63,621 nucleotides of DNA, filler included, from Intoshia linei (GCA_001642005.1; 5 parts of 5 records of this genome joined end to end with filler, not necessarily neighbours in it); one strand, 5' to 3'; positions 24,253 to 39,700 are shown, counted from the whole stretch's first letter. Notes: generated from the sequence alone by a model not told the origin. A program made the numbers and translations.

Positions 24253-27200
24253 TCACGCTGTTAATGCAGCAACAATTCGTGGTTTGTGAAGTTTCATATC
24301 AAATACCGTAATATTTTTTAATGGATTCGCACTTGTTTTCAAAAATTTCTAAATAGCAAATTTTATAAGATCCATCAAAGTGTAAAATTAAATAAATTGA
24401 GTTAGAAGAGTACTATTGTAAATTAAAATTTGTACAATGTATATTATACTTCAAAAAGTGAATTCGTATTTTTTAGTTTGTGAAAAAGTGTATTAATTGA
24501 TTCAAATAATAAAACAATAAGATTTAGTATTAAATCAAACTGGATTAAAAAATTTGTGAAAATTTCAATAAACTTTTAAAATTGATAAAGATTCATTAGA
24601 ATGAATTGTACAATATAGAAATTTACATTACATTTGTATTTATACTAACAATTTTAAAATTTTTTACCCTATTGTAGGGGTTCCCACACTTTTTTCATGG
24701 CCGTCCGTTAATTATAGGTACAAAATATTTTTTAATTATTCATTATTAACACCAATTATATTAAGTACAGTAGTAAATTTCTTTTTTGACCGTAATTTAG
24801 TAAGATTGAAATTTTTTGTGTATGTTAACTGGCAATAACTGCATTAGATGTGGTATTTTTAAATTCTAGCAATATTAGTTTTTTTCATATTTTAAAAAAA
24901 TTGTAATTTGGTGTTTTGACCGTGAAGGTGCAAATTTTTGAATTTGAAGTTTATCTTACTTTATCGCCAGAAAAAACTGACTTGAAATTTTTGTTTTTGA
25001 AATTTCTGGGATTGTGAGTTTTATCGGTAAATATTTACACAGATTGTTCACAACTTTAACTTTATCCATACTTATTGTACATACATAGTACATGTAGTAT
25101 ATATTACATACACACTATGTATATAACTTAATAAGTTAGGATTTCTAATTTGAAATTACCTGAGCATAGTATAATCCCATTTGTTTCTCTTTGATTGTCG
25201 CATTACATCCTTTTATTACATAAAGGCTATAAGTTTTTTCCAAAATGAAAACATCCTAATTTAATTCATTAAATGAATTCATGAAACAATGTACATTATA
25301 CATTGTAGTTGTACATTTTCAGAGCTGTCTTAAGCCACTTAAGGGCCCTGGGCTAAGCAAAGGGCTGGAGGCTCTTTAAAATTTCGAGCAAAACGATAAA
25401 AAAAGGTCCCTTGTTTAGAAGACAGGGCATACTGTTGGCTGGAAACTTAGAGTCTTATTTCATTGAGTATTAATAAAATCATTAAAAGATATTATGTATG
25501 TTTTTAGTTTGTTTTTATTTCTTTTACAAAAACCTACTTACTTTAATTAATGAACAAAGCTTACTTTTTTATTTGAAAATATGCACCATGCAGTCATTTT
25601 AAGATACTCTCTTAAGACCTCTTTTTAAGATATAAATGTTAAGTACTTTTATTAATTTGGAGCTTTTTAATGAGTGACCCTGGGCTACAGCCCATATTGC
25701 CCATGCCTTAAAACGGCTCTGTACATTTTACATATTTATCATATTTTTCTCTTAAATCAACTTAATCTGAAATTAATATCGTAGACTCGTAATTTCGTTT
25801 AAATTTATCTCGCGGGCCTTCGGAAAAAATCTATTTAATTTATTCCAATCTTTCTCATTTTCACACATTACTCAATGTATATTAATAGAGCTGAACATAC
25901 CCAGCTCGAGACCACTCGATAAATGAAAAATGAACAAAAAAAAATCCCAAACGATTCATAATGTCATGTAGCCCCTAGCAACCTCTAGACAGTTTAAATT
26001 TAGCAAACAAAATAGTTATGATATTCAAGGATATAATTTTTTTAATGCAAATTTGGAAAAAAGTGGCCCCATTTTACAAAAATTTCGATACACCAACCAC
26101 CCACCAACGACAGGTTTCGAGTACGGTAGGTTCGGCACTTTATATTGATAATACCGCGAATTGTTATAAGTGGATGGTTGAAACATAGTCGAACCTATCG
26201 TATCCAGAGATCGTCATCGGAAGGGGTTAGACCAGTGCTTTTCAAACTTTTTAGAGCAGTTATCCACTTTGACATATATTTTTATTAATAATGTATATTA
26301 AACGTTACACGAAAAATTTTCAAAATGGTACATTTAAAAATTTCAAATAATTTCACTCCACCGTCTTCAGCAAAAACTAATTTAGAAAATATAGACCACA
26401 TTAAATCTTTCATCATATGTAAAATATAAAATAGTACTAATAATCATAATAATTACGTCTTCATCAATGGACCCTTCGCTAACATCGTCACCTGATTGAG
26501 TTTGTTCAATTTTGATGGCACCACTTCTGTCGGAAATCCTATTATAAATATCGGTATAATTGAAAAACAGTTTTAAATCATTTGTTTTAAATATACCTAT
26601 ATAAAACTTTTTGGTTCATTTCTTGATTGATTACTTCTTCTTTATCATTGTCATTAAGGTCATCATTTAATTCTGAGAAAAACTCCTAAATTATAAATAT
26701 TATAATAGTAAGTTTTTACTAGACCATTGTTTTTTAAACTGGGTCCGTATAATTTGCCAGGGGTCGCGACTCGCGACATATTTTGTACTAATTATGTATA
26801 AAAATATAATACATTGTGAAGATTTTATAATTATAATAAAAATTAATCACTTACTTAAAAGTTATAAAGTTAAATGTCTGTGGGTGCCCGGTTTATAAAC
26901 ACTAATAGCCATAAAACTTTTAAAAGACAATTGAGAATGCATGTTTTTCCATTTAGTGTTTTATCATACTGTTTATTCCTAGAAATTTGCATCTTCGCGG
27001 TTAAGAACTCAAATGACCACTATATTACACAAAATTTTTGAAATAATTAATGAAACAATATTGAATTTTAAAATTAAAATTCCTAGTGTATTTAAAAAAA
27101 AAAACTAATCTACCTTACCGGTAAACCTTTTCGTGACCGCGATGAAATTTTTGTAAAAGGGCGCATCATTTTTCCAAATGGAGCACTTTAAAAAATTATG

Positions 27201-29889
27201 TTTTTACAATCATAATTATTTGCATATAAAATTTAATCTGCCAACGTCAAATTCGTGGAGAAATACACGGTTATATACATTATATTGCAATATGCATCGT
27301 TTGCAAAGATTTTTAAAGAAATATTTTTGATTTTTGAATGGGCCTCGATTATGGTATGTTAGACTTTGATCCATGGTACACTTTTTTAGTAGAGTTCAGA
27401 TTCACATTTCAGATTTAATTTAGGGTAGGCGGAATTTTAGGTTTCAGAAACATTGATATATTGTAATATTACTTTATTGTTCGTATTGCTGTCATCTATA
27501 ACTGAAGATTTTGCATGTCTGTCTGATTTTGCTTGAACAATGTACATCATGGCCTAAAATAATGTAAAAAAATTCAAATTTATACACCCAACGGCATTAA
27601 TGTTTTTATAATAAAAGATATAATAAATAATACTAATCAGGGGTGTCAGAATCAATTTGCTTGGCGGGCCACACAAACATTTTTTTTACTTCAAACATTA
27701 TTAAACTAACAGATTAAATTAATAAAATTAAATAAAACACAATAATAATGCAATAAGTGTATAACTACTATAATGTAATACTAAAGTTGTAATCATGAAA
27801 AATATATAAAAAAAAATAAAATAAGTGTAAAAAATTTTATTGTAAAAATAAAAATTTATATTAAAACGCGGGCCACAAATTCCGTGGGCCGCATAATTGA
27901 CACCCCTGCTATCGATGCAATACTACATTGAAATCATTATTGAATTAATTAATTTTGATTTTGATGAAAAATGTTATGTTGGTAGTATGGGTATGGTATG
28001 GTTTGTAAATAACGATATCAAAATCAGACAAAAAAAATAGATATAAAATATAAAAAAATTATATTCTTGTTTCCTATCGGGTACAGGCCATTCCCCAGTC
28101 ATTAAAATTTAGATTAAAATTATTAATGTATTTTATAATTTAATTCAACTTTATTAAAAATTAAATACCTTTGCAATTTCATCTTTATTTGAATCGATGC
28201 CATTCCATTGAATAAATTCTTTACCCTTATCCAAAATATAAACATCATCATGACGAATAAGTTTATGGCATTTTGGAATCTAGTTATAAATATAAACTAT
28301 AAATATTTATCCACTTGATATTATTCTGTCTCATGTCAAAGTCAATCTAAGCCCATAACTTAAAATAATTTATTCAGCATTTAAAATGCATTTTGGGTCT
28401 ACAATGAGTATTTTAATGATTTATTTTGAATTACATTTTTATTTATATGTATATTTTTAATTTTTTTCAAAATATTTCAAAAATATAGGGTCCACAATGA
28501 AAGCGGTATTCAAATTGCTAATTTAACTGCTAATTAAAAAATTACTTCACTAATGATAATATTTTTTCCTTTTCCAGAAAAGTGCAACAATCGAGATTCG
28601 TATTGTTCTGGAGTGACATGATAGAAACCAGAGTCAGTACCACCTTCCAATATTCTAAAAAATATATATTTCACTTTGTGAAACTGGATTGAAAAATGAA
28701 AAGAAATTGTTTCTCATTTAAGAGTCTAGAATCCAGAATCCAAGTTATTTAACATACATTTTCAGTTATCAAATATTTTACTCCGTTAATTTACATTCAA
28801 CTTTTTATCAACAAAAGATTTATTATGATTTATAAATATTTGTCCAAAATTTTATAATATTGAAACTATAATATGAAAAATTACGTAAGATGTTTGAAGT
28901 ATGACAAAAACAATTCACTCTCATGGCCTTGGACCTCACGGTGTTGAACGGGAAGATCATTTAGAAAATTATCCAATTCTACAGTTTTATATGCTGCTGT
29001 ACCATATTCATCCTAAAATTTTTTTTTAATAATATAAATAAAATATAAAATAATTATATATGCTACTACACTATGTAGCAGTTTGATTGATGATTTGTAA
29101 ATACACTGTACTACTTTTTCTATATAATCCATATGGAATAATTATATTTGTGTTTGATAAAAGTTAGATTTTCGTAGTTTTGGATAACATTTTCAAAACT
29201 GAAACTTCAAATGGATATATGACAAGGAACGGTTTCTGTCATATGAATATCAAGGGACCGGATATTTGGAATATTCGTAGTAATATATTTTGTTCAATAG
29301 AATATTAAAAATAAAAAATGTTCAAGAACGTGAAAGGTATATGGATTTCGTAAAAATCATTCAAATTAAGATATTAATATTACCGTAAATTCACATTACC
29401 CAGTATTCATATTATATTGTATTTAAAATCCAGAGTGTATATAAATATCAAAGATTGGGATGGTGTTAAAATGTTTACTTGAGAACTTTGCCTTCCAATC
29501 CAAAAATGAATATCATACTCAATTAAATTTGATCCTTTATCTTTAAATCCCTATAATTTAAAATAAAATTTATATACTAAGGTACAGTATATTGAAAACA
29601 GTTTATTTAAATTTTAGTTATAGTTTGAATATATTAAAATTACATTTAATACAATGTACGAGTCTCCATTGTAAAATGTTCCATACATATTCTTTTTTAA
29701 TGTTACGACATTAAATTGCTAAATTTTATAAAATTATACTTTCACTGAACTATTTAAAATTTTTATTTCATTTTCTCACTTTAAAGTGTTAATTAAAAAT
29801 ATCACATAAAATTACTTTGATTTGCCATATTGTTAATCCAACTTTAGTCTCTGTACCTCTCCAGGATTTTTCTGTTGTGGCAGATTCAT
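24253..29889 (-). CDS. Three-domain gelsolin/severin-like actin-severing protein, 11 exons found, first exon missing
   Basis: Exons 29816-29889, 29644-29718, 29479-29550, 28885-29012, 28546-28654, 28169-28279, 27473-27553, 26597-26685, 26457-26538, 25160-25255, 24253-24348 are all phase-consistent. Motifs [63 protein letters not shown]. Absent from the ORF track. Confidence 0.93.
25320..25721. mobile_element. hAT-type MITE in a gelsolin intron
   Basis: Same TIRs as 21682-22148; perfect TSD TACATTTT. Confidence 0.88.
27638..27908. mobile_element. hAT-type MITE in a gelsolin intron
   Basis: CAGGGGTGTCA ... TGACACCCCTG; same family as 57846-58124. Confidence 0.75.
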
Positions 29890-30141
29890 CTAAATAATTT
29901 AAATATATTTAAATCAAATTAAAGCTAATAAATAGTGAACAACATTATTTTTGAGCCTTCAAAAATGATTATAAATGAAATTCCTTTTGAAACAAGCATG
30001 TTTATTAAGGTGTTTAAAGACTTCCAATGATAAACAAAGTTAGACTGGACTGTATATATTTTATATAATAACCTAGGAAGGGGATACTATATATTAGGTC
30101 GTTTCATAAGTAATGTCGTTTTTTTAACAAAATTAAAAAGT

Positions 30142-30241
30142 NNNNNNNNNNNNNNNNNNNNNNNNNNNNNNNNNNNNNNNNNNNNTTAATTAATTAANNN
30201 NNNNNNNNNNNNNNNNNNNNNNNNNNNNNNNNNNNNNNNNN
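30142..30241. other. Artificial contig linker
   Basis: N-run, TTAATTAATTAA, N-run. Confidence 0.95.
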
Positions 30242-30690
30242 CAATATGAAACATGGATGACTACATATGTAGTCATCGGTCACTAATGGGTTAATATGAC
30301 ATTATGGATTTTTTCCCTGTCTTTTTTATTCAATTGTATCTGCCAAAAACTATTCGATAGATCGAGAACTGTAAATATTGTCTTATTTGTCAGTTTTTCT
30401 AAACACGTTTTAATGCTTGGTGCAGGGTAAGAGTCAGCAACGGTTAGACTGTTTAATTTGCGATAATCTACTACCATTCTGTATTTTCTGTTCTTTTTTT
30501 TTTACAAAAAAAAATGGAGATCGATAAGAGCTTTTACTAGGTTCAGTAATGTTATTTTTGATCATTTCGTTTATAATGTCAGTGGTATTTTCTTTCAGGT
30601 TAAGTGGAGTTGGGTAAATTCGGCATTTAATGTTAGGATGAGTTTCCTTCAAATTAATATCGTCGGTTTCTGTATTTGTTTTTGAGATAT
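30242..30690 (-). mobile_element. Degenerate Gypsy reverse transcriptase fragment
   Basis: EPSKSSYRSPFFFVKKK, RMVVDYRKLN, YPAP, LDLSNSFWQI; frameshifted. Confidence 0.88.
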
Positions 30691-31410
30691 AATAAACTAG
30701 AAAATCATTTTTCACACATTTATGTAGTGGAAAATGGAATAAGGACATTTAATGCTATGGTAGATAGATTAGGATAAGTGGATAATTGTAAACTCCAAAA
30801 TAATTGCAAAAATTGGTCATCGAATTTTATTTTAATCAAAGAATTATTCCTTAAATCAATTAAATCTTCCATCAATGTATCATTTGTCAAATGATTTAAT
30901 TTAAATAAAAATGGATCGCGTATCCAAAAATCGCAAGTTTTTAAATTTCCTCCAGGAAAATAGTTCTCAAATGAAATAGATAATGAGCTTAAGTGTGTTA
31001 AGATTGCCAATTTCACGTTTTTATTGAAAGGTTTCGATTCTTTCATTTTTTCATTTAAGCTAGGAAACCTAGATATTTTTTCATGTTTAATATTGTCTTC
31101 CCACAATAATATTTTATCTTTATATGCATTTAGCTTTTCATATGCCAATATTACGTTCATATTTTTGCCTTGAAGAAAAATATTTACATCGTTCAATTTG
31201 CAAAAAATATCAGTTAAATATGCTAAAAATTGTTCAAATTCCAATGAATCTGGAAACATTATATCAATATTTTGTTCTTTTATAAATTCTTTAATTTCCA
31301 TTCGTAGCTCAAATACACGTTTCAAAACATTTCCACGTGAGAACCATCTTATTTACGTATGGTATAACAATATACTATGTACACATCCTAATGATTCAAT
31401 CAACTCTAGT
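30691..31410 (-). mobile_element. Degenerate hAT Buster/Charlie transposase (ZBED5/FAM200/SCAND3-like)
   Basis: RWFSRGNVLKRVFELR, LAYLTDIF.KLN.VN..LQG, WIRDPF, LIPFSTT*MCE. Confidence 0.88.
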
Positions 31411-31599
31411 TGAGATATTGCTTCTGCAGATCAGGCCAATCATTACAGACTTATTCTGAACTAAAAAATAGTCGTTTTTCCACTCTAAATTGAAAATTCT
31501 GTTTTCTGATAAATATTTTCGCTTCTTTTGTGCTGACATCCGATGGGGGTAAAAATTTTTATTTCTTTAAAAGTGAAAAAATTGATGAATCTTATGTAT

Positions 31600-32771
31600 C
31601 TTAATATGACAAGATTATTGAGAAAACAAGTCAGATTTCAAATTCAAGATGCATTTATTATAAGATAAATACTTCTCAAGGCAATATAGTCGTTTTTTGA
31701 ACTGTCAAAATTTTTCTGAGAGGCCGAGATGCCCATCCCTGATTTACAACATTGAAATTATCAATATAATAGACACTAGCTTTAAGCCAGCTATCCCATC
31801 TAGTAACAATGGGTCGAGATGGATATCCAATATTATGAAATAACTCTCGAATTGCATCAGTCACATGCAACAATAATGAATCAAATGGCTTGTGAAGGTA
31901 ACGTGAAAAAAATTGGGATAAATAATTTTAACTAGTTTGTAATAATGTGTTATATCTAAAAATAAAATATATGAAGAGCAACAATGTTAGTTAATAATAA
32001 AAAATATATAAACTGTGTTCAGAAAAAATATTTTTTACTGGTATTATCACAGATGAAAAATAAATTAAATACCGTGCGGCATCCGTTAAAAACAGTTGAA
32101 ACTGATCCCTGTGTACATTGAGTTGTTGAAGAGTATCATAGACTGAATCTTTAACCATTTTACCATTCATGTTTACATTGATAATCTTATAATCATATAA
32201 TATTGTTTTCTTAGGGTTTTTAATTGTTCCAATCAAAGTGTTTACGTACTTAGAACCGTTTGAATCACATTCGTCAATTATCATGAAAATTGAATTATTT
32301 TCGCAATACTGTTTAATTCTTTCTATTTCATCTTCATACAATTTATCAATTTTATTTCGAACCAATATTGTATATTGGTTGATTCGGTTAATTATTGATA
32401 CACAATTGGTATTGTTAAGTATTTATTAAATTGGTACTGAATATATGTCATCACATTGCTCCCATAGATTAATTCCCACCTAATTGAGAATCACTGATTT
32501 ATATAGTTTACATCATTTTGATTGAAAATAATATTCTTGAAATAAGAATGAAAAATTAAGATGGAATAATTCACTTTAAAGTAAAAAGTAATGTGATATG
32601 ATGGTTTCACCTGACACAAATTTGGTAACTACTCCTTTAAAGGATTGATAATAATCAATAGTAGGATTTTTAAATAAGATTTTCAACGTGAGTTTATTTT
32701 TTAACTATAATAAAAATGTGCCCTCGGATGAGCTAGGTCCAGTTTGTGCGTAGTACATAACAGTCAACCTA
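31600..32771 (-). mobile_element. Degenerate hAT-related (DUF659/CGGBP1-like) transposase downstream of a family T terminus
   Basis: IFMIIDEC, LFLTDAARY, PIVTRWDSWLKASVYY; the 5' end carries the TAGGTTGACTGTTATG terminus. Confidence 0.7.
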
Positions 32772-33748
32772 GTAACAATATAATAATAAAATAAATATAG
32801 AATAAAAGGATAAAAAATAACAATTCGACGTATACAATACGTACAATTATATTATGTTAGAATACGTCTTGTGCTGTAGAAGTTGTATTTAATGCTTTAC
32901 AAAATAAAAACTCCTCTGTGATATTTCTATCTTCAATAAATCTAACAAGAGAAATTAATTGACAAAATTCAAAAATGTATTAGTATTTACCTATTATATT
33001 ATATTATATATATTTATATTATTATATTATATTACCTATGGATACAAATGAAATTAACTTTATTTTCGAATCTTCATGCAATTTCAAAAAATATAGCTGC
33101 AAAATGATTTTCTTTCAAAAATATTTCTGGCACATCCAAAAACTGGTTTGGCACCCCCGATTAAGAACATATGTCTTACATTGATAATTTATTATAATTT
33201 TAGATATATAAAAAGATTCCATGACTTCTTGAAAGAGACGATCTAATATTTAAAGCCATAAACCATAAGAATATTTAAAAAAACTACTAAAAAAATAAGA
33301 TAATATTGAATTTACACGTTTGTTAATCAAAAATTTGGAAAATACCAGATATTTAGGCATTTATAATGAAAATAAAATTTCGACGTTCGTTAAATAAAAT
33401 ATTCGTTAAATGAGATTTTGACTGTATCACTTTCAATTTATTTAGAATAAATTTTTATTTGTCATCATAGACAGGGTAGTTTTGTTATACAGTTTATTTT
33501 TTCAAATTTGTTTCTAGCTCAATTTTTTTGAATTTTATGGAATTCATATTATGCAATTGAATAAAATTTAAACAATGTTAATTGGCTATTTAGCCAGAAT
33601 TCGAGAAATAAATCGTTAATAAAATATAAAAGCTCTCAGAGCAGTATTATTATTGACAAATTGTCAATAGATGAGTGAATAAAGTTATAATTTAGTAAAA
33701 TTTAATATATAATTTATCAGGACAAATTGTAATATCAAATTAATAAAA

Positions 33749-36700
33749 ATGATGGATGGAAATTACAATTATTGTTATCACTCTGATATTGACTCTGATG
33801 TGAATTTTAAAATGTAAATTTATATAATTATAATGAATACTTTTGTAATATTGTCAATTATGTCCGAAAATTAGAAAGAAGGCTAATGAGATTATCGATC
33901 CTTTAATTTAACTTTATCAAAATTACATCAATTTATGTTTTTTTCTGGCTGCCTGAAAAATTTACAGCTTATAAAATTAAAATTTTATAACATAATTTTA
34001 GATGTTTTCTAGAAATTGAAGATAGTGTTATTAATGCTCGAGATTTCATAAAATCACCAATATTAAAGATGATTAAAAACAGTTGGTTCAATTCAATTAA
34101 ATATAAAAAAATTTAGACAACAAAACAAGTCAATTTTTAAGATTGAAATGTTTTATTAAATTTGCCCAAGAATTTGATTATAAATCATATCCAATTTATT
34201 CCACAATTCAAAAGTAATATTTTATTATATTATTAATAACTGCAGTTATGAATTTTTTATTTAGATGTAATAATCCCATTAATCATACCGATACATTTGT
34301 ACTCGATAATACCCTTGGTAAAAAGTCGTCAATCTTAACTTGGAGGTATATTGTTTATATTATTATATGAATTTTTCATATAAATAGTTGGGATGAACGC
34401 ATATTTTTACCTATACAATATTCGGATTGTCGATTAGATGCTAAAATTTGTCTAGAATTAATAGATATCAATGAAGACAATAGGCTTCATATTGTAGCTA
34501 GAGGCGAAATGCCACTATTCAATGAATATAGGTAATTTTTAAAATTTAGATGTTTTCAATTGACAGCCACTTTTTTGAACACGTGTTTAGTTTTTTCTAC
34601 GTTTTCCTGTCCAAAAAGTAAAATATATGCGAATCTCATAAAGTTGCACCTCAACGGTCGAAAATAGTTAACCTATTATTTTGAAAAATTAATAAAATTG
34701 ATAGAATGGTCCTAGAATTTAATAAATATCATTGTTAATACAGTTTTTTCTGTCAGAAAAATTTTTAAACTCAAACATTAACTTTTTAATTAATTCATTA
34801 CCTTCATTATCAAAATTTTTTTTTTATTTTCAAATGACTTCGAGATTGGTAGGTTAAAAACATGGTTAGTAAAAACATATTATATTTTGTTATTTTTTTG
34901 AAATTTTTAGAGTTGTAAATACTGGACAATGGAATCTGAAATTAACCCCCACAGATCAAAAAATATTGCCTGCCGAAAAGGTAAAATTATTTTGATATAG
35001 GCAATATTCTAAAAATCCTCAGTAAGTGGAGTTTTAAATATATACTAACCTTTTTGACTGTTATGTACTACGTACAAACTACACCTAGCTTTATCGAGGA
35101 CGGACATTTTTATTGTACCACAAAAAATAAATTGAATATAAAAATTTAACCTAAAAATGCTACTATTCACTATAATCAATCATTTAAACTTTAAATTTTA
35201 AAGGATTGGGAACCATATGTGTTTCACGTTGACCCATCATATAACATTACCTTTTAATTTAAAGTGAATTATTCCACCTTAATTTTATTTTGTTAACATT
35301 TGTGTAAATAATTTTAAAAAACAATTAAGTTTAATTACATATGATATATATTCAGTATTTGTTTTCGATGAGTAAAAAATATCAATTTTGTATCAATAAT
35401 TAACGGAATCAGCACTTTAGAAACATATTTCGGATGAATTTTACCAACATTGCAAAGCATTGTAAAAAATATAAAAATGATAATAACAAATTTGTAATTT
35501 GTAGTAATTCATTAGTTTTGTAATAACATTTTGTAAAAAGTGATTTTAACTTTTTTGAAAATGAGTATTTGAGAATGTAAAATTGCATACTATGTAATGC
35601 ATAGCAATGGAAAAAAATCCGAAGGAATTAATTATATCGATTTCCACCAATATTTTTTATTGGAAATGTGTAGTCGTTCAATGCAATTTTTTTTTGAAAT
35701 TGTTGGATGAATATTTACATTTTTATTTTTAGATTTTAATTCAACATTTGAAAAATATTAGTTGATAATATATTAGAAATTATTTTTCACCGGGAAAGCA
35801 TACATTTCTGGGGTTGAAGTTTTGTATTTATATCAACTAGAATAGGCTCGATCTGAATAATCTTTTTTTAGTTGTAGGACCGTTAATTATTTCAAATTTT
35901 TAATAAAATATTTTCAAATGAAAAAAATTAATAATAATGTGCTTTTGTGATCGTGAAGGCGTCACTTTGTTAGATTGACATTTTATGTGTGTGTTAACTA
36001 GATATAACCGTATCATCTGTAATTTTTTTTTTAATTCTAGGTCTGTTTTCATTTTTAAAAAAAGGGTAATCTGGGTTTTTGACCGTGAAAATTACCTTTT
36101 TTGAGGTTATTATTTATGATAATGCTTATGAATTTAAAAACCATCCCAGAATTTATGTTGTATGCAATTCTAGGACTTTTTTCATTTTTATAAAAAAGGG
36201 TAATTTGGGGTTTTGGCCGTGTAGATATAAGATGTGGAAATTGAAAATGATGATAATATTGATAAATTTTAAATCTGTTCATCAGAAAATGGATTTTATA
36301 TAATTCTAGGACAGGTTTGAATTTAAAAAAAAAACAATTGGCTGGCGTTTTTGTTCTTGAAGTACTCAATTTTTGAAAATGAAATTGGCGATAAAACAAC
36401 ACTATGGAAAAATTGTATTAGAAATATGGAATTTTTAAAACTCGAATCATCTTACTTTCTTAAATAAACTGGAACAAACAGACAAACTGAAATATATTTT
36501 TAACTAAATTACTTTATAAATAAGTAAGGATTGTGTATTATTATACATACACTCACAATTTTATATAAGTTCGGTATACATTATATGTATATGAAAGGGC
36601 TAATATTTAATTTAGAAAATTTACCAAGAATGTGAAGAACCGGATTGGATAAGCCGTTTATCAGCTTTAATGATGGCACGTAAAGAATCTAAAGAAAATA

Positions 36701-39700
36701 AGAAAGACGTGATTTGCGTTGAACTGAATTTGCCAATTTTCACGAAAACTGATGAAAAAAACTATGACGTAATATTTTTCGACAAAGGAAGTCAAGATGT
36801 TTATGAATTACCACACAATAACAAATTAGTCAATATTATTGATCCAGATGTAATTGTATTATTTTTATATGCAACTAGCTTAACTCTTATGTACTTTGTA
36901 TAGTGTGTATTACAATTTATTTTGTATAATAGAATTTGATTAATTAAGTTGATTCTAAATGGGTCTAAATGACGTAGGAATGAGTTTCTAAATTTATATA
37001 TTTTATTTGTTTTTGAGGCACCATACTATATACACAATTCATACTATACGATACACGTGTTTACAAGTGATGTTATATCCACCATGCGTTTACTATATGT
37101 GGATTATTGTATTGTGTTATACGTGTATTGAATAAGTAATAAGTTACATTTTTAGACCTTAGGAAAGTATTTATGTAATGAAGTACTTGACGAGGGTCTT
37201 CCGTGCCTATTTAAGACAATTCAATTATAAATATTTATATTATTTATACTTAATTTTCATATTTTTCACATTTATTTATCCTTAAAGATGAATTCTGAAA
37301 ATTTGGCTGAAGAAAAAAATAGAACAATGGTTCGTCAATTATCACGATTTGTTGATCAAGAAGAAATTACCCCTGATCCGAAAGTACGTTCACAATTATT
37401 AAAAATCATTTCTTACCCATCTACTCATTATTTGACAATGACTGAAAAAGATTTAATTTGGAATTACCGCAAATATTTATCCGTTATACCTGTTGCTCTA
37501 GTAAAATTTACTCAATCCGTCAATTGGTCTGTATCGGAAGAAAAAAAAATTGCTTTAGAAATGCTTGAAATTTGGGAACCGCCAAATTACAGTGAAGTGT
37601 TATTGTTGTTGGGTCCTTCTGGAAAATTACCACAATTGCGGCAATATGCGATTAATCGATTGAATGAAGTTAGTGATGAAATTTTACTTCTCATTTTATT
37701 GCCACTTGTTCAGGCTTTAAGATATGAAGATTTTTCCAAATTACCAAATTTTAATAATATTGAAAAAAATGAAGCAATCAATGACATAAAAAATGATAAT
37801 TTTGAAATTTCAGATATTTTTTCGCTTGATTGGTAATTTTTTCATTTTTTGTTGTGGAATAGTTCTATTTTAATTTGATATTTTTAGGTTTTATTATAGA
37901 TTGCAGTAAATTTTTAATTATATTATGTATTCCTCTACCAATTTTAAAAATAGCATTTTTTAATTAAAAACTGCTATTTATAAGAGATAGATTTATATTT
38001 TATTATGACAATTTTGATGATTGTACTGTTTATAATTTATTTTTAAGATTGTACACTCATACTATAATAAATTAGAAAAATGGGATAACAGAAATGTTAA
38101 CAAAATAAAATTAAGTGGGAATAATTCACTTTAAATAACCGTAAATAATGATAGTGTAAGATAATGTTAAATGATTGGTCCGTGATGAAACAAATTTGGG
38201 AACCACTCCTTTAAAGAATTGATGATAATGAATAGTAGCATTTTTAAGTTAGATTTTTTTATTTAATTTATTTTTTTGATAGAATTAAACAATCCGCTGT
38301 CGGCAGAGCTAGGTGCTGTTTGTAGGTAGTACATAACAGTTAACCTAGTTGTGTTATAAAATATTTTAAATTGTTTCATTCCACATTTTAGCTCGAAGGA
38401 TCCTCAGAGATTGCTTGATTATGATGCTACTATGAACAAAAGAGCTTCTTTAAGCGAGGAAGAAATTAATGAACAAGATAAATGTGAAATTCTGCCAAAA
38501 AAAGATGTTTTTATTTTTATTTTTTCTATCATATTTTAGTTTAGGAACTTCTGGTTGAATTTCTTATTAGAAGATCTGCTAAAAATATTCAACTTTGCAA
38601 TTATTTTTATTGGTAATTTCATAACATCTAAATACAATATAAATAAATGGGTGTTTAATATCCGTCATTTTTATTACAATTCAATCAATTCAAATATCTT
38701 CACAACTACATACTACTAGATACTATCTATTCTCCACCTTTAAAAAAAGATTTTTATTGGTTCAGATAGCGTTTTTCCTTTTATAGCAGGTATCATTGTT
38801 CTTACTCAATCATGAACATTTAAGTTTCAATTAGAAGTGGTGTCTTTTCCAATGGTTTTTTGTTGGCACTTTCTTACATTACTTCTAGCTATTCTATCAT
38901 TGGTATTACGAGATAATTCTGTTTAACTTAAAGCTTGTGTCAATGGAATTTTTATATTGCGTCCATGCAATAATTCTAATAACTCTGGTGATATTCCCGT
39001 AGTTGAATGTGGTGTAACACGATATAACATAAGCATGTTGCTTATAGTGGAATACACCTCTTTGCCTTCTGTATAACCAATTATATCTTTCTTAATCTTA
39101 ATTGTTTTATTGAACCTTTCAGTTAGTCCATTTGATTGGGGATAGTAGTTTGAAGTATATATAGATTTAATCCCGTTTTGACTTAAAAAATCAATCCACT
39201 TTGAAGATTTAAACTGAACATTATCCGATATAATTTGTTTAGGTTGTTCTAACCTTCTCAAGAAAAAATGTTTTTTAAGAATATAATCTGTATTAGGTTC
39301 CTGTATTAATTTGAATTCAGGCCATTTAGAGTAATGATCTATAAGATTTATGCCATATTGACTATCTTCTGGAATATAGGACCAACCAAATCAATACCCA
39401 AAGTTTCCCAAGGTAAATTAGGAAAAGGCATTGGATCAATTTTCATTTTGAAACATTTAATTACTTTGTCACTATAAGTACATGCAATACATTTGTTTAA
39501 TTCACTGTCAATTAATGCATTCATTGTAGGAAACCGGAAATATTTTCTTAACAACCGTTTTGTTGTTTTACCCATATGCGAACTATGTGCTAAACTGATG
39601 CACTTCTCGTATAACACTTGATGTATAATAATTAATCCATCTTCTCGAAATATTCTACCTTGGATCCAAAGTTTATCTTTAATTCTGAAAAATTTTCTTT

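Noticed and set aside
36055-36402. 115-aa and 74-aa ORFs in the Vps34 intron
   Set aside because: They lie within the family H repeat modules and show no protein motifs.
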